Source of the DNA: Octopus sinensis
Taxonomy: Eukaryota
DNA length: 64,000 nucleotides
Direction: 5' to 3'
Assembly (NCBI RefSeq): GCF_006345805.1
Contig: NC_043021.1
Location: forward strand, 19,592,001 to 19,656,000
Position 1 is the stretch's first letter, and each line of letters opens with the position of its first letter. Of this stretch, positions 1 to 13,347 are shown piece after piece. The notes beneath the pieces were generated by a model, which had not been told where the DNA came from, did not search any database, and saw nothing but the letters and a program-made list of their open reading frames with translations. Position numbers and translations under genes: made by a program.

Positions 1-767
1 TTGCTTAAGCTCCCGTTAGTGTCACCGTCGTGGTGTTCATGCCATGTCTGAAGAAATGCCTGTCTTCGTGATATATGAGAAATATTTGGGTAAATTCTAC
101 GATTTCTGATTCTTCCAAGGGGAATAACTCCTCATCGGAGACTGAGTAACTTCCCTTTGCTGTAATACAGAGTGCGAGGCGTATTTGAGGACATTTGATT
201 ATCAGTATGTTACTCACTTCAAACCAATTAAAAGGTTTATAATTCCTTCAGATTTCCCACAGCAGATAAAACAGTAACGCAAGGAATAAAAACCCATGCC
301 GTTATTATTGCCTGATGTGGCTGTGTGGTAAGAAGCTTTTTTTTCCCAACCACATGGTTCTGGGTTCAGTCCCACTGTGTGACACCTTGGGCCAGCCAAA
401 GCTTTGTGAGTGGATTTGGTAGACAGAAACTGAACATGTGTGTTTGTGTGTGTTCTCCTAGCCACCCACCCCCTCCCCTTAACAATCATCACTTGACAAC
501 CGGTGTCGTTATGTTTATGTCCCTGTAACTTAGCAGTTCAGAAAAGACATGGATAGAATAAATCCTGGGGTTGAATTGTGCTCCAGCATGGCCACAGTCA
601 AATGACTGAAACAAGTAAAAGAATATAAACTATGTCTGTGTGACCAACATTTAAAGCAAAGAAAGATATCTTGTTTCAAAATGTTTTTGTAACTACTTAA
701 TATCAAAAATCCTTTCTTTCTTTCTTTCCTTTTTTATTTATTTCTTTTTTTTTTTTTTGTCTTGTAG

Positions 768-918
768 GGATTAAAAATAATTGATCTCCAACAAAGTGAC
801 TTTATGCGCAATTTAGAAAAGTCAATTCAGTATGGTTTACCTGTTCTCTTACAAAATGTCCAAGAATCTTTGGACCCATCTCTTGATCCTATCCTCTTTA
901 AATCCGTCATAAAAATTG
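768..918 (+). CDS. DNAH2: Axonemal dynein heavy chain 2-like, window exon 1 (GLKIIDLQQSDFMRNLEKSIQYGLPVLLQNV...)
   Basis: Polypyrimidine-tag acceptor, gtaagt donor, 151 bp; translation matches the dynein AAA5 region. Confidence 0.93.
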
Positions 919-1270
919 GTAAGTGACTTTGTACTCTGCAGCCTGAACCTAATCCTAATCCTACCCTAATTCTAATCTTAATCCTATGCATGGTCATATA
1001 GTTACGAAGTTAAATTGATTAACAAAGTCATTGATGACATTCCTTATTCTCTTTATATTATAATTAATTAATTTTAACCCTTTAACTGAAAAATTAAATT
1101 TAATGGCATGGTTGTATACTGTCAACTTAACGTGACAGTCCTGTAAGGGAATTACACCACCACTGTTTAGCCCTAGGAAGCATCGACGCTTCCTGTCGGC
1201 TTCGACACATTTCCTGTGTCCTTATATATTTACGATGGGGAGACAAATACCCCCAACAGCTAGGCCTGCA

Positions 1271-1317
1271 TCTAGAGACACGCATGTTTCTGGGTCTTTG
1301 CCCATCATCGGTCTAGA
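1271..1317 (-). ncRNA. Type I hammerhead ribozyme, CCGAUGA core variant
   Basis: TCTAGA-CCGATGA-TGGG(CAAAGA)CCCA-GAAA-CA(TGCG)TG-TC-TCTAGA. Confidence 0.72.
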
Positions 1318-3701
1318 GTAGCAGAGGCCTGCTAGCTGAAGATACTTGTCTAGACTTCGCAAATATATATATATATTTTCAGTGAAGTTTATTCACTGAT
1401 CACCAAAATCAGAAATATTAAATTTCTAAATATCTCATAGAGATATGTACGGTGGTGGAGCGATAGAGTGTTTGTATACAATGGTTATTCCATTAATGAT
1501 GTTAAATATCTACCAAAAATGGAATTGGTATTTTCTGAAAATCCCATTGCCTCAATAAACTTGACATGTCTCAACAGAAAAATAGTTTCAAATAAGTTTC
1601 AAAATAGTTTCATATAAGGTGGCTAGCTGGCAGAACCCTTAGCAAGCTGGGCAAAATGCTAAGCGGTATTTCGTCTGCCATTACGTTCTGAGTTCAAATT
1701 CCGCCAAGGTCAACTTTGCCTTTCATCCTTTCGGGGTCGATAAATTAAGTACCAGTTACGCACTGGGGTCGGTGTAATCGACTTAATCCATTTGTCTGTC
1801 CTTGTTTGTCCTCTCTGTGTTTAGCTCCTTGTGAGTAGTAAAGAAATAGGTATTTCGTCTGCCGTTACATTCTGAGTTCAAATTCCGCCGAGGTCGACTT
1901 TGCCTTTGATCCTTTCGGGGTCGATAAATTAAGTACCAGTTACGCACTGGGGTCGATGTAATCAACTTAATCCGTGTGTCTGTCCTTGTTTGTCCCCTCC
2001 ATATTTAGCCCCTTGTGGGCAATAAAGAAATAAGAAAAATAGCTCCAAATAAAACATTCCTCAACAAAAGATAGACTGGAATATTAAACTGCTTTTTTCG
2101 ATTAAGGCTGATGAAATTTCGATTGGATATATCTGATTTCTGCAAAAGATGTGATAACCAATGATGAGGATGTGGTTATTGGATTCAGTTCCACTGTGTG
2201 GAGCAAGTGTCTTCTATTATAGCCCTGGGCTGACCAGTGCCTTGTGAGAGAGTTTGTTGGACAGAAAGCATGTCATATATGCATGTGTGTGTATGTGTGT
2301 CTTTGTGGTTGTTTCTCCACCCCTCTGGCACTGAACAACCAGTGCTGCTTTATTTGCATCTTGTAACTTAGCAGTTTGGCAAAAGTGACCCATAAAATAC
2401 TTGGGTTAATTTCTTCAACTAAAACCCTTCAAGGTGATGCCCCACCATTACCACAGTCCACAAATAAAAAAGTAAAGGATAAAATGCAATATATGATAAA
2501 CACATTGATGAATAATTCTCACTTTAGCTTTAATCTTATAAGATAAATCTTAAATCTTAATCGAGTAATATATAGTATAAAAGAAATCAAGTTCACTTGT
2601 GTGGTAAGTAGCTTGCTTACCAACCACATGGTTCCGGGTTCAATCCCACTGCGTGGCACCTTGGGCAAGTGTCTTCAACTATAGCCTCGGGCCGACCAAA
2701 GCCTTGTGAGTGGATTTGGTAGATGGAAACTGAAAGAAGCCTGTCGTATATATATGTGTGTGTGTCTGTCTGTCCCTGTCCCCCCACCATCGCTTGACAA
2801 CTGATGCTGGTGTGTTCACATCCCCGTAACTTAGCGGTTCGGCAAAAAGAGACCGATAGAATAAGTACCAGGCTTACAAAGAATGAGTCTTGAGGTCGAT
2901 TTGTTCGATTAAAGGCGGTGCTCCAGCATGGCCGCAGTCAAATGACTGAAACAAATAAAAGAAAGAAATGTGAAATGGCAGCAACATATGACAAAGGAAT
3001 GCCTTTATAGAGACCTGCTGAAAATTAGGAAGAAGATCGGGCAGAGACATCTGCATGCACCGACCGGAAGTTACATCAAAAGCAAGACAGACAATCCAGT
3101 GATGAACCCTGCTTAAACAGTTGCCAAATCTTCTTTACTATCTTAAAAAGGAAAAGTTCATTGAACAATGTTGTGGATAGGCAAAAAAAATGGGATGGTC
3201 ATGGCTGTAATGCTTTTTCTCATTAGTTTTCTCAATCAAAGCACTACTCCTTTTGTAATCACATATTTTTAACGAAAAGAATTGAATTGAGCAGAAGTAT
3301 GCAAAAGAGAGAGGAGAGAATAAAGATATTTTAACTCAAACAGTTGAATAAAGTGATAGCGAATATGTTGTAAAGAATAAAGAGCTTTGTGATTGAAGCA
3401 TGGGCTTGAATCTTCAATATTAAAAGAAACTTGAAAACCTCATTTTGATAAAAAATATATTACTATATTAATTTTCTACACGTTTTAGACTTTAACAATT
3501 GCTTTCCTTTAGTAAAAGTTACATAATTCCAACTAATTAATAAGCAGCTTTCTTTATTATACTAGAGATGTATCGGCTAACCCCACCACCACCATTTATT
3601 CAATACATCAGCTGACCACCTATCTTGCTTTATCCAATGTTAATTCACTCCTGTCTCTCAGCTACCCACTCAGTTTCCTCTGTTGTTGTCTGTTCTTTTA
3701 G

Positions 3702-3851
3702 GTGACGTCCCGATGATAAAACTTGGTGATAAAGAAATTGAGTACAATTACAATTTTCGGTTTTACATAACCACAAAACTCAGCAACCCACACTACACCC
3801 CTGAAATATCAACCAAGACAACTATCGTAAATTTTGCTGTGAAAGAACAGG
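3702..3851 (+). CDS. DNAH2: DNAH2-like exon 2 (DVPMIKLGDKEIEYNYNFRFYITTKLSNPHYTPE...)
   Basis: ag/gtaagc boundaries, phase 1 to 1, dynein motif FRFYITTKLSNPHY. Confidence 0.95.
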
Positions 3852-4269
3852 GTAAGCACGCATGTGCATACACACACCACACACACACACTTATCATCAT
3901 CATCATCGTTTAACGTCCGTTTTCTGTGCTAGCACAGGTTGGATGGTTCGACCTGGGTCTGGGAAGCCAGGAGGCTGCACCAGGCTCCAGTCTGATCTGG
4001 CAGTGTTTCTACAGCTGGATGCCCTTCCTAACGCCAACCACTCCGTGAGTGTAGTGGGTGCTTTTTACGTGCCACCAGCACAGGTGCCAGGGGAGGCTGG
4101 CAGCAGCCACAATCGGTTGGTGCTTTTTATGTGCCACCGGCACAGAAGCCAGTCAAGGCGGCGCTGGCATCAGCCACGTTCAGATGGTGCTTTTTACGTG
4201 CCACCGGCACAGGTATCACAACTACTATTTCCATTTGATATTTATTTCGATGTTCATGTACTTGACTCA

Positions 4270-4860
4270 ATAGGTCTCCTCAAGCACAGCCAGTAATTCT
4301 GCAATCCAAAGTACTTTGAATGGGCTCGGGCTATGCGAAACTGGTGCAGGAAGCAGCCTGGGTCTTTGCAGTCACAGCATATCTCCAGAGATCTCGGTCC
4401 TTTGTCATTGCCTCTGTGAGGCCCAACGCTCGGAGGTCATGCTTGACTACCTCATCCCATGTCTTCCTGGGTCTACCTCTCCCCCTGATACCTTCAACTG
4501 TTTGGGAGCGGCACTTCTTCACACATCTCTCCTCATCCATTCGCAGTACATGACCATACCATCGCAAGCGTCTCTCTTGCACACCACATCTGATGCTTCT
4601 TATTTATGTCCAGCATTTCTCTCAGGGTGCTTACACTCACATACAGTGTTGCCATTTGTATATAACTCCTTCCACCTCATCTTAAACATTTCATCATCTT
4701 TAGTAAGACCAACATTTTCTTTTGGGCTAAAATACACCGATGAGAGGAAGGGTGGCATCTTACATCTGGATGTAAATAAGAACCTGAAATACACTACACA
4801 GGTTGGGTTGGGTTTCTCTGTTGTTTACCAAATGACTGTGTTGAGACTCCATGAAAGAAC
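4270..4860 (-). mobile_element. RTE-clade LINE 3' fragment; further pieces at ~5978-6200(+) and ~8100-8268(-)
   Basis: RRLRWYGHVLRM...RGRGRPRKTW...DRDLWR; YDACVRSVLLYG. Confidence 0.88.
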
Positions 4861-5658
4861 CTCATCACAGCCACACAACCTCTGAAGAATCTCCCTCTTA
4901 AAAAGGAAGAACGCATTGGGTCACCATTATGGGTGCCTTTTACATGGCACCCATGACAGTGACACATAAAAGGCACCTCTGACAGTAACATATAAAAAGC
5001 ACCCGCGACAGTGATGTGTAGAAGGTACCCATGATGGTGACATATAAGGTGGCGAGCTGGCAGAAACGTTAGCACATCGGGCGAAATGCTTAGCGATATT
5101 TCGTCTGCCGCTATGTTCTGAGTTCAAATTCCGTCGAGGTCGACTTTGCCTTTCATCCTTTCGGGGTCGATTAAATAAGTACCAGTTACGCACTGGGGGT
5201 CGATGTAATCGACTTAATCCATTTGTCTGTCCTTGTTTGTCCCCTCTGTGTGTAGCCCCTTGTGGGCAGTAAAGAAATAGGTGCCCATGATGGTGAAATG
5301 TAAAAAAGCACCCATTACATTCTGTGGAGTGGTTGGCATTAGGAATGGCATCCTGCTATAGAAACCAGGCCAAATCAGACAATTGGAGTTTGGTACAGCC
5401 CTCCAGTTTACCAGTTCCAGTCAAACTATCCAACCCATGCCAGCATGGAAAACAGATGCTAAATGATGATGATGATGATTATTATGTTTGAATCAAAGAC
5501 AGGTTGGTTATGCCTGGAACCCCCTTTGATCATAGGTATTCTCAATCAGGGATGAACAATAACTTCCATGTTTTTTCACCCCCTGCCCCCTGGCTTCCAC
5601 CCCATGTGAAGCTGATTTATTTATTTGATGATAGTAATTGTAATGTTCTTTCTTGCAG

Positions 5659-5791
5659 GTTTGGTTGCTCAATTATTAGGAATCGTAGTCCGTAAAGAAA
5701 GACCAGAACTGGAAGAACAGAAGGACTCTCTTGTACAGTCTATTGCAGCGAATAAGAAGAAACTCGAAGAATGTGAAGATGAAATACTACG
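5659..5791 (+). CDS. DNAH2: DNAH2-like exon 3 (LVAQLLGIVVRKERPELEEQKDSL...EDEILR)
   Basis: cag acceptor, gttatt donor, phase 1 to 2 fits the next exon. Confidence 0.92.
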
Positions 5792-6928
5792 GTTATTGTT
5801 CACCAGACTTTCTCCATCTTTGAGTATTGTTTTTAACAGAATTTCAACTGGGATCTATATGACCCCTGAAGGTCCATATAAGATTTGACGGAGGTGGGGG
5901 TGTCCATGCAACAAAATAGTAAATTGGTGATCTACAATAGTATTTTAGGGGCCCCTGAAAAAATTTTGTTTTAGAGCGAGAATGGATGAGGATAGCTGTG
6001 CGAGAAAGTGCCACATCCTAGCGGTTGAGGGAACCTGTGGAAGAGGTAGACCTGGGATGAAGTGGTGAAGCACAACTTTCGAACATTAGGCCTCACCAAG
6101 GAAATGACTAGTGACCGAGACCTTTGGAAATATGCTGTGCTTGAGAAGATCCGGAAAGCCAAATGAGACCATAACCTTGTGGCCTGTGCCAGGGGCATAA
6201 CCATCCCACTTATGTGTAGCTTTTCCTTCTTTGGACACTAAACTCTGCTCGCGAAGACCTGTTGAGGCAAGTGAAATCAAAATGAAAATCAAATTCGATG
6301 ACTGGCATCCATGCTAGCGGGGTGCAAAGAGCGCCATATGAGTGTGATCGTTGACAGAGCGGCTAACCGGCTTCCATGCCAGTGGCACATAAAAGGCACC
6401 ATTCGAGTGTGATCGTTACCAGTTTCGCCTTACTGGCACTTGTGCCCCATGCTAGTAGGGTGCTAAGAGCACCATCTGATCGTGATCGTTGCCAGAGCGG
6501 CTAACTGGCTTCTGTGCCAGTGGCATGTAGGAGGCACCATTCGAGTGGGATCGTTACCAGCATCACCTTACTGGCACCTGTGCCATTGGCATGTGTAAAA
6601 AAAAAAATTCGAGCGAGGTCATTGCCAGTACCGCCTGACTTGGCCCCCATGCTGGTGGCATGTAAAAGCACCCATTACACTCTCAGAGTGGTTGGCGTTT
6701 GGAAGGGCATCCAGCTGTATGTATGTATTGGTATGTCCCAGGAGGGGAAGAATCATTAGTGAGTGGTGGACAGACTTGATAATGATTTGATGCGTCATTA
6801 GTTGTGGTTGATTTACACTCCTCCTCTTACCTCACCCCCTTACCTCCTCCTCCTCTTGTTTTCGTTAATGTTGCCAGATTGTTTAATTAACGACTGCTTC
6901 TTCCTTGACTTTCTCCTCCTCCTTCTAG

Positions 6929-7073
6929 TTTGTTGAATGAAACAAAAGGTTCCCTGTTGGAAGACGAGACTTTGGTAAACACACTGCAAACTTCCAAGTC
7001 GACATCACAGGAAGTGACAGAACAGCTCGCAACATCTGAACAGACAGAAGCCAAGATTGATTGCGCCAGGGAG
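6929..7073 (+). CDS. DNAH2: DNAH2-like exon 4 (LLNETKGSLLEDETLVNTLQTSK...ARE)
   Basis: tag/gtgaga boundaries, phase 2 to 0. Confidence 0.95.
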
Positions 7074-8269
7074 GTGAGAATAATTTTCTATGACACCACA
7101 ATGTTTTTGGAGAGAACGAGTGTGTGTGTGTGTTTTAGTGTGTGTTTTACATCCATTTTTCTATGCTTGCATGAGTTAGGTGGATTATCTCCATCACAGT
7201 GTTTACTCTCACTTGTACTCTTTTATTTGTTTCGGTCATTTGACTGTGGCCATGCTGGAGCACTGCCTTTAGGCGAGCAAATCAACCCAAGGACATATTC
7301 TTTGGAAGCCTGGTACTTATTCCATCGGTCTCTTTTGCTGAACTGCTAAGTTACAGGGGACGTAAACACACCAGCATCAGTTGTCAAGCGATGTTGTGGG
7401 GGGACAAACACACACAAACATATATATATATACACATATATACAACGGGCTTCTTTCAGTTTCCGTCTACCAAATCCACTCACAAGACTTTGGTCGGCCC
7501 GTGGCTATAGTAGACAACACTTGCCCAAGGTTCCACGCAGTGGGACTGAACCCGGAACCATGTGTTTTGGTAAGCAAGCTACTTACCACACAGCCACTCC
7601 TACGCCTATTCACATTTCACTACTTCACATTTTTTTTTTTTTTGTCACGAGGTCCACCATTCAGAGATCCGTCTTCGGTACTTCTTCCCAAATCTTCCTT
7701 GGTCTTTCTTTTCCACAGGTTCCTTCAACTTGTATTACTTGCTACTTTACCCAACTGTAGCATCACATCTTCATACCTATTTCTTTATTACCCACAAGGG
7801 GCTACACACAGAGGGAACAAACAAGGACAGACATAGGTATTAAGTCGATTACATCGACCCCAGTTCGTAACTAGTACTTATTTAATATTTAATCGACCCC
7901 GAAGGGACGAAAGGCAAAGTCGACCTTGGCAGAATTTGAACTCACAACGTAACGCAGACGAAATACCGCTAAGCATTTCGCCCGGCGTGCTAACGTTTCT
8001 GCCAGCTCGCCGCCTTTCATACCAACACACAGCAACTCATTCCCTAGACCCAATGATTATTTTCTTCTCTCTCTCAGTTCATTTGAACTCAGTCATCCAT
8101 ATACACAGACATCACACATCCACCAGAAACTATTCGCCCTGTTTCTTTCCCATCTTTCCAAAATCTCCATACTCAGAGCCTGTATTTCCCATACAAAAGC
8201 ACACTTCGTACACAAGCATCATACAGACCACCTACACTTGCAGAAAGGATCCTTCTAATGAAGGTAATA

Positions 8270-8772
8270 GAGGTGGAGGTGATGTAAGTGAGAGGTGGAG
8301 GTGAAGTGAGTGAGAAGTGGAGGTGGAGGTGAAGTGAGCGAGAGGTGGAGGTGAAGTGAGCGAGAGGGGAAGGTGAAGTGAGCGAGAGGGGGAGGTGAAG
8401 TGAGTGAGAGGTGGAGGTGAAGTGAGTGAGAGGTGGAGGTGAAGTGAGCAAGAGGTGGAGGTGAAGTGAGCGAGAGGTGGAGGTGAAGTGAGCGAGAGGT
8501 GGAGGTGAAGTGAGCGAGAGGTGGAGGTGAAGTGAGCGAGAGGTGGAGGTGAAGTGAGCGAGAGGTGGAGGTGAAGTGAGCGAGAGGTGGAGGTGAAGTG
8601 AGCGAGAGGTGGAGGTGAAGTGAGCGAGAGGTGGAGGTGAAGTGAGCGAGAGGGGGAGGTGAAGTGAGCGAGAGGTAGAGGTGAAGTGAGCGAGAGGTAG
8701 AGGTGAAGTGAGCGAGAGGTGGAGGTGAAGTGAGCGAGAGGTGGAGGTGAAATGAGTGAGAGGTGGAGGTGA
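8270..8772 (+). repeat. 22-bp minisatellite (GTGAAGTGAGCGAGAGGTGGAG)n, ~23 units
   Basis: Read directly. Confidence 0.95.
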
Positions 8773-9596
8773 ATACCTTCATGAGCTTTCATAACTCATA
8801 TTTCCACTACTAGGTGGCACGTAAAAAGTACCCGCTACACTCATGGAGTGGTTGGCGTTAGGAAGGGCATCCAGCTGTAGAAACACTACCAGATCAGACT
8901 GGGCCTGGCGCAGCCTTCTGGCTTCCCAGACCCCGGTCGAACCGTCCAACCCATGCTAGCATGGAAAACGGACGTTAAACGATGATGATGATGATGATGA
9001 ATTAGGCCATCTTAGTAACAGAACATGTCCTGGTTGTGGAGCCTTGGTTCAGGAATTCCAGTGTTTTAAGGGATGTGGAACCACGTATTACCAACTGTTG
9101 TTCCTAGATCTTACTCTGACCTGTTAGGGTCCGAGCTACGAGCTAGATAGGATGTAACCGCCTAAACCAGGATATATTGAAATCATGGAATGCAGCAAAA
9201 ATTTTGAAAAACTTTCCAAAAACTTTTGCAAAAACTTTTGAAAAACTTTTCAAAAACATTTTGAAACACAGGCGCAGGAATGGCTGTGTGGTAAGTAGCT
9301 TGCTTACCAACACATGGTTCCGGGTTCAGGTCCACTGCGTGATACCTTGGGCAAGTGTCTTCTACTATAGCCTCGGTCCGATAAAAGCCTTGTGAGTGGA
9401 TTTGGTAGGCGGAAACTCAGAAGGTAAAACCAAACGAAATGCTGCTAGGCATTTTGTCTGGTAGGCTAACCGTTCTACCATCTCGCTGCTCTAAATATTC
9501 CATTAATATTGATGTTTAATTGAGAAAAGATTTATTGATGCTTAATTGATTGACGTGTGTTATTGAATTGATTCTTCTTGTCTGTGATCATTCCAG

Positions 9597-9796
9597 GGTT
9601 ATTCTCCATGTGCTGAACGTGCCTCAATTTTGTTTTTTGTTCTCAACGACCTTGGGCTTATCGATCCTATGTACCAATTCTCTCTTGACTCCTACATCGA
9701 CCTCTTCATGTTATCAATTGAAAAGAGCCATCGGAGTACAAAGTTAGAAGAACGTATTCAAAACCTCAACGACTACCATACTTTTGCCATGTACAG
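9597..9796 (+). CDS. DNAH2: DNAH2-like exon 5 (GYSPCAERASILFFVLNDLGLIDPMYQFSL...)
   Basis: cag/gtttgt boundaries; conserved IDPMYQFSL motif. Confidence 0.95.
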
Positions 9797-10599
9797 GTTT
9801 GTCTATATCTTTCTCTTTCTTTCTCTTTTACTTGTTTCCGTCATTTGACTGCGGCCATGCTGGAGCACCGCCTTTAATCGAGCAACTCGACCCCGGGACT
9901 TATTCTTTTGTAAGCCCAATACTTATTCTATCGGTCTCTTTTGCCATGCTAGAGCACCGCCTTTAATCGAGCAACTCGACCCCGGGACTTATTCTTTTGT
10001 AAGCCTAGTACTTATTCTATCGGTCTCTTTTGCCGAACCGCTAAGTAACAGGGACATAAACACACCAGCATCGGTTGTCAAGCAATGCTAGGGGGACAAA
10101 CACACACACGCATATATATATATATATATATATATATACGACGGGCTTCTTTCAGTTTCTGTCTACCAAATCCACTCACAAGGCTTTGGTCGGCCCGAGG
10201 CTATAGCAGAAGGCACTTGCCCAAGGTGCCACGCAGTGGGACTGAACCCAGAACCATGTGGTTGGTAAACAAGCTACTCACCACACAGCCACTCCTACGC
10301 CTATACACACATATATACATACATTATTTCGTTTTTGTGTTTGGTTTGCAATATTCTTGATGTGAATTCGTGTCGTTATCACCATTGTCATCGTCATCAT
10401 TTAACGTCTCTCTTCCATGCAGACATACATCGAATGGTTTAATAGGAACTGGTAGACCGGAGAACTGTCCAGGCCCTAGTCGTCTGTTCTGGCACAGTTT
10501 CTACGGCTGGATGCCCTTCCTAATGCCAACCACTTTACAGAGTGTTCTGGGTGCTTTTTACGTGCTACCGCCATGGGTGCTTTTACATGGCACCAGCAC

Positions 10600-11350
10600 A
10601 AGTGCATTTTATGCGGCACTGATACTATTGCACTTTGTGTGCATTTTATGTGGCACTGACACTAGTGCATTTTAAGTGGCACTGACACTAGTGCATTTTA
10701 AGTGGCACTGACACTAGTGCATTTTAAGTGGAACTGACACTAGTGCATTTTAAGTGGCACTGACACTAGTGCATTTTAAATGGAACTGACACTAGTGCAT
10801 TTTAAGTGGCACTGACACTAGTGCATTTTAAGTGGCACTGACACTAGTGCATTTTAAGTGGAACTGACACTAGTGCATTTTAAGTGGCACTGACACTAGT
10901 GCACTTTGTGACACTGACACTAGTGCATTTTAAATGGAACTGACACTAGTGCATTTTAAGTGGCACTGACACTAGTGCACTTTGTGACACTGACACTAGT
11001 GCATTTTAAGTGGCACTGACACTAGTGCATTTTAAATGGAACTGACACTAGTGCATTTTAAGTGGCACTGACACTAGTGCACTTTGTGACACTGACACAA
11101 GTGCATTTTAAGTGGAACTGACACTAGTGCATTTTAAGTGGCACTGACACTAGTGCATTTTAAATGGAACTGACACTAGTGCATTTTAAGTGGCACTGAC
11201 ACTAGTGCACTTTGTGACACTGACACTAGTGTATTTTAAGTAGCACTGACAGTAGTGCACTTTGTGGCACCGACACTAGTGACTTTATGTGGAACCAGCA
11301 CGAGTGCATTTTAAGTGGCACTGACACAAGTGCACTTTATGTGACACCAG
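10600..11350. repeat. 26/24-bp minisatellite (TAGTGCATTTTAAGTGGCACTGACAC)n inside a SINE
   Basis: Read directly; follows a SINE end starting at ~10393. Confidence 0.9.
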
Positions 11351-12146
11351 CACGTGTGTTGGAACAAATTTTGTTGTGTCTGGGGAGGGTCATAATGCTA
11401 ATAATAGTTACAACACACACACACAGGTTCAATTCCACTTCTTTATTGTTAGTCAATTGGTTGAATATGTAACCAACTAATCAACCATTTGTTTACTGTG
11501 TCAGTTAAACAATCAATCGGTTGTTTGTTTGTCCATCAAATTTCTGTCGCTGTTCACAACCTTTCCGGTGACCCACGACTCCCTACTCACTCCGAAGCTT
11601 GCTTTTGTCTGAGAACTCTGAGATTCAGTTGTATGTCTGTCCGTGTGTATTGATCTTTGTATGTGTATTTGTTTAGAAAAGGGGGTAAGAATGAGAGCAA
11701 ATGAGGGGTTTGTGTATGTGGTTGTGTGTATATATACATCTCTGTGACAGTATGCGTGTTTGTGTGTGTGCACCAGCCATCTGTGACCTTTTCAAGGGGG
11801 TCATTCCTTTGTCCTTTTCGTCTTTGGTCATTCTCCTGTCCATTGAACATTTATGGATTTAGGTTGTATATATTTTACGTGAAGACGGGGAGGAGAGGAC
11901 AAGGTAGGTGTGTATGTGAGCATCTGTGTGGGTATCTACATGTGTATGTATGCGTAAGAGAGCATGAGAGTGCGGTTGAATCATTTATGTACACTTATGT
12001 GTGTGTGTGAAGGTACATGGCTCAGACGTTAGAGTGTCAGGCTCACAATCATGAGGTAATGAGTTCAATTCCTGGGCCAGGCTGCATGTTGTGTTCTTGG
12101 GCAAGACACTTTATTTCACGTTGCTCCAGTAGTAGAAATGAATTGC

Positions 12147-12990
12147 GATGTCACTGGTGCCAAGCTGTATCGGCCCCTTTGCCTTTCCCAACATAGGTGG
12201 CGTGGAGAGGGGCGATGTCACTGGTGCCAAGCTGTATCGGCCCCTTTGCCTTTCCCAACATCAGTGGCATGGAGAGGGGCGATGTCACTGGTGCCAAGCT
12301 GTATCGGCCCTTTTGCCTTTCCCAACATCAGTGACGTGGAGAGGGGCGATGTCACTGGTGCCAAGCTGTATCGGCCCCTTTGCCTTCCCCAACATTGGTG
12401 GCATGGAGAGGGGCGATGTCACTTGTGCCAAGCTGTATCGGCTCCTTTGCCTTTCCCAACATCAATGGCATGGACAGGGCAATGTCACTGGTGCCAAGCT
12501 GTATCGGCCCCTTTGCCTTTTGCAACATCGGTGGCATGGAGAGGGCAATGTCACTGGTGCCAAGCTGTATCGGCCCCTTTGCCTTTTCCAACATTGGTTG
12601 CATGGAGAGGGGCGATGTCACTGGTGCCAAACTGTATCGGCCCCTTTGCCTTCCCCAACATTGGTGGCATGGAGAGGGGCGATGTCACTGGTGCCAAGCT
12701 GTATCGGCCCCTTTGCCTTTCCCAACATTGGTGGCATGGAGAGGGGCGATGTCACTGGTGCCAAGCTGTATCGGCCCCTTTGCCTTCCCAACATTGGTGG
12801 CATGGAGAGGGGCGATGTCACTGGTGCCAAGCTGTATCGGCCCCTTTGCCTTTCCCAACATTGGTGGCATGGAGAGGGGTGATGTCACTGGTGCCAAGCT
12901 GTATCGGCCCCTTTGCCTTTCCCAACATTGGTGGCATGGAGAGGGGCGATGTCACTGGTGCCAAGCTGTATCGGCCCCTTTGCCTTTCCC
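12147..12990 (+). repeat. 67-bp tandem array (~12.6 units) inside a SINE
   Basis: Period 12147 to 12214; preceded by a SINE-type head at ~12007. Confidence 0.92.
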
Positions 12991-13220
12991 TTGGATAACA
13001 CTGGTTGCATGGAGAAGGGAGGCTGGCATGCCTGGGCCACTGCTGGTCTTCCATAAACAACCTTGGAGGGGAACTTTCTTGGTGCAATCCCATGGTCATT
13101 CATGACTGAAGAAGGTCTTCTTCTACACTTGACAGAGTAATCCAAATGCTAAAAAGTTAATATCTGTAATTAGATACAATAATTACACGTATAACGACCA
13201 GTGTGTTTCTTCCTTATTAG

Positions 13221-13347
13221 ATACGCCTGCCGAGGGTTGTTCGGGAAGCATAAGCTTTTGTTTTCCTTCCAAATGTGTGTGAAAATTCTCGAAGCGGCAA
13301 GCAAGATCAACATGGATGAATACAATTTCTTCTTGCGGGGAGGTGTG
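13221..13347 (+). CDS. DNAH2: DNAH2-like exon 6 (YACRGLFGKHKLLFSFQMC...FFLRGGV)
   Basis: tag/gtaagt boundaries, phase 2 to 0. Confidence 0.95.

Noticed and set aside
5-217. 70-aa minus-strand ORF
   Set aside because: No recognisable motif; window edge; cannot be supported
2108-2125. CTGATGAAATTTCG as a hammerhead core
   Set aside because: No stem II/GAAA/stem I arrangement found
8173-8792. HLHLSLTSPPP / HFTSTS ORFs (also 13778-14601)
   Set aside because: Translations of the 22-bp minisatellite; no splice or protein evidence
10600-12990. CRISPR-like regular arrays
   Set aside because: Head-to-tail repeats with no unique spacers, no cas genes, eukaryotic context
12138-13105. Three overlapping 240-286 aa ORFs
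   Set aside because: Artefact of a stop-free 67-bp tandem unit
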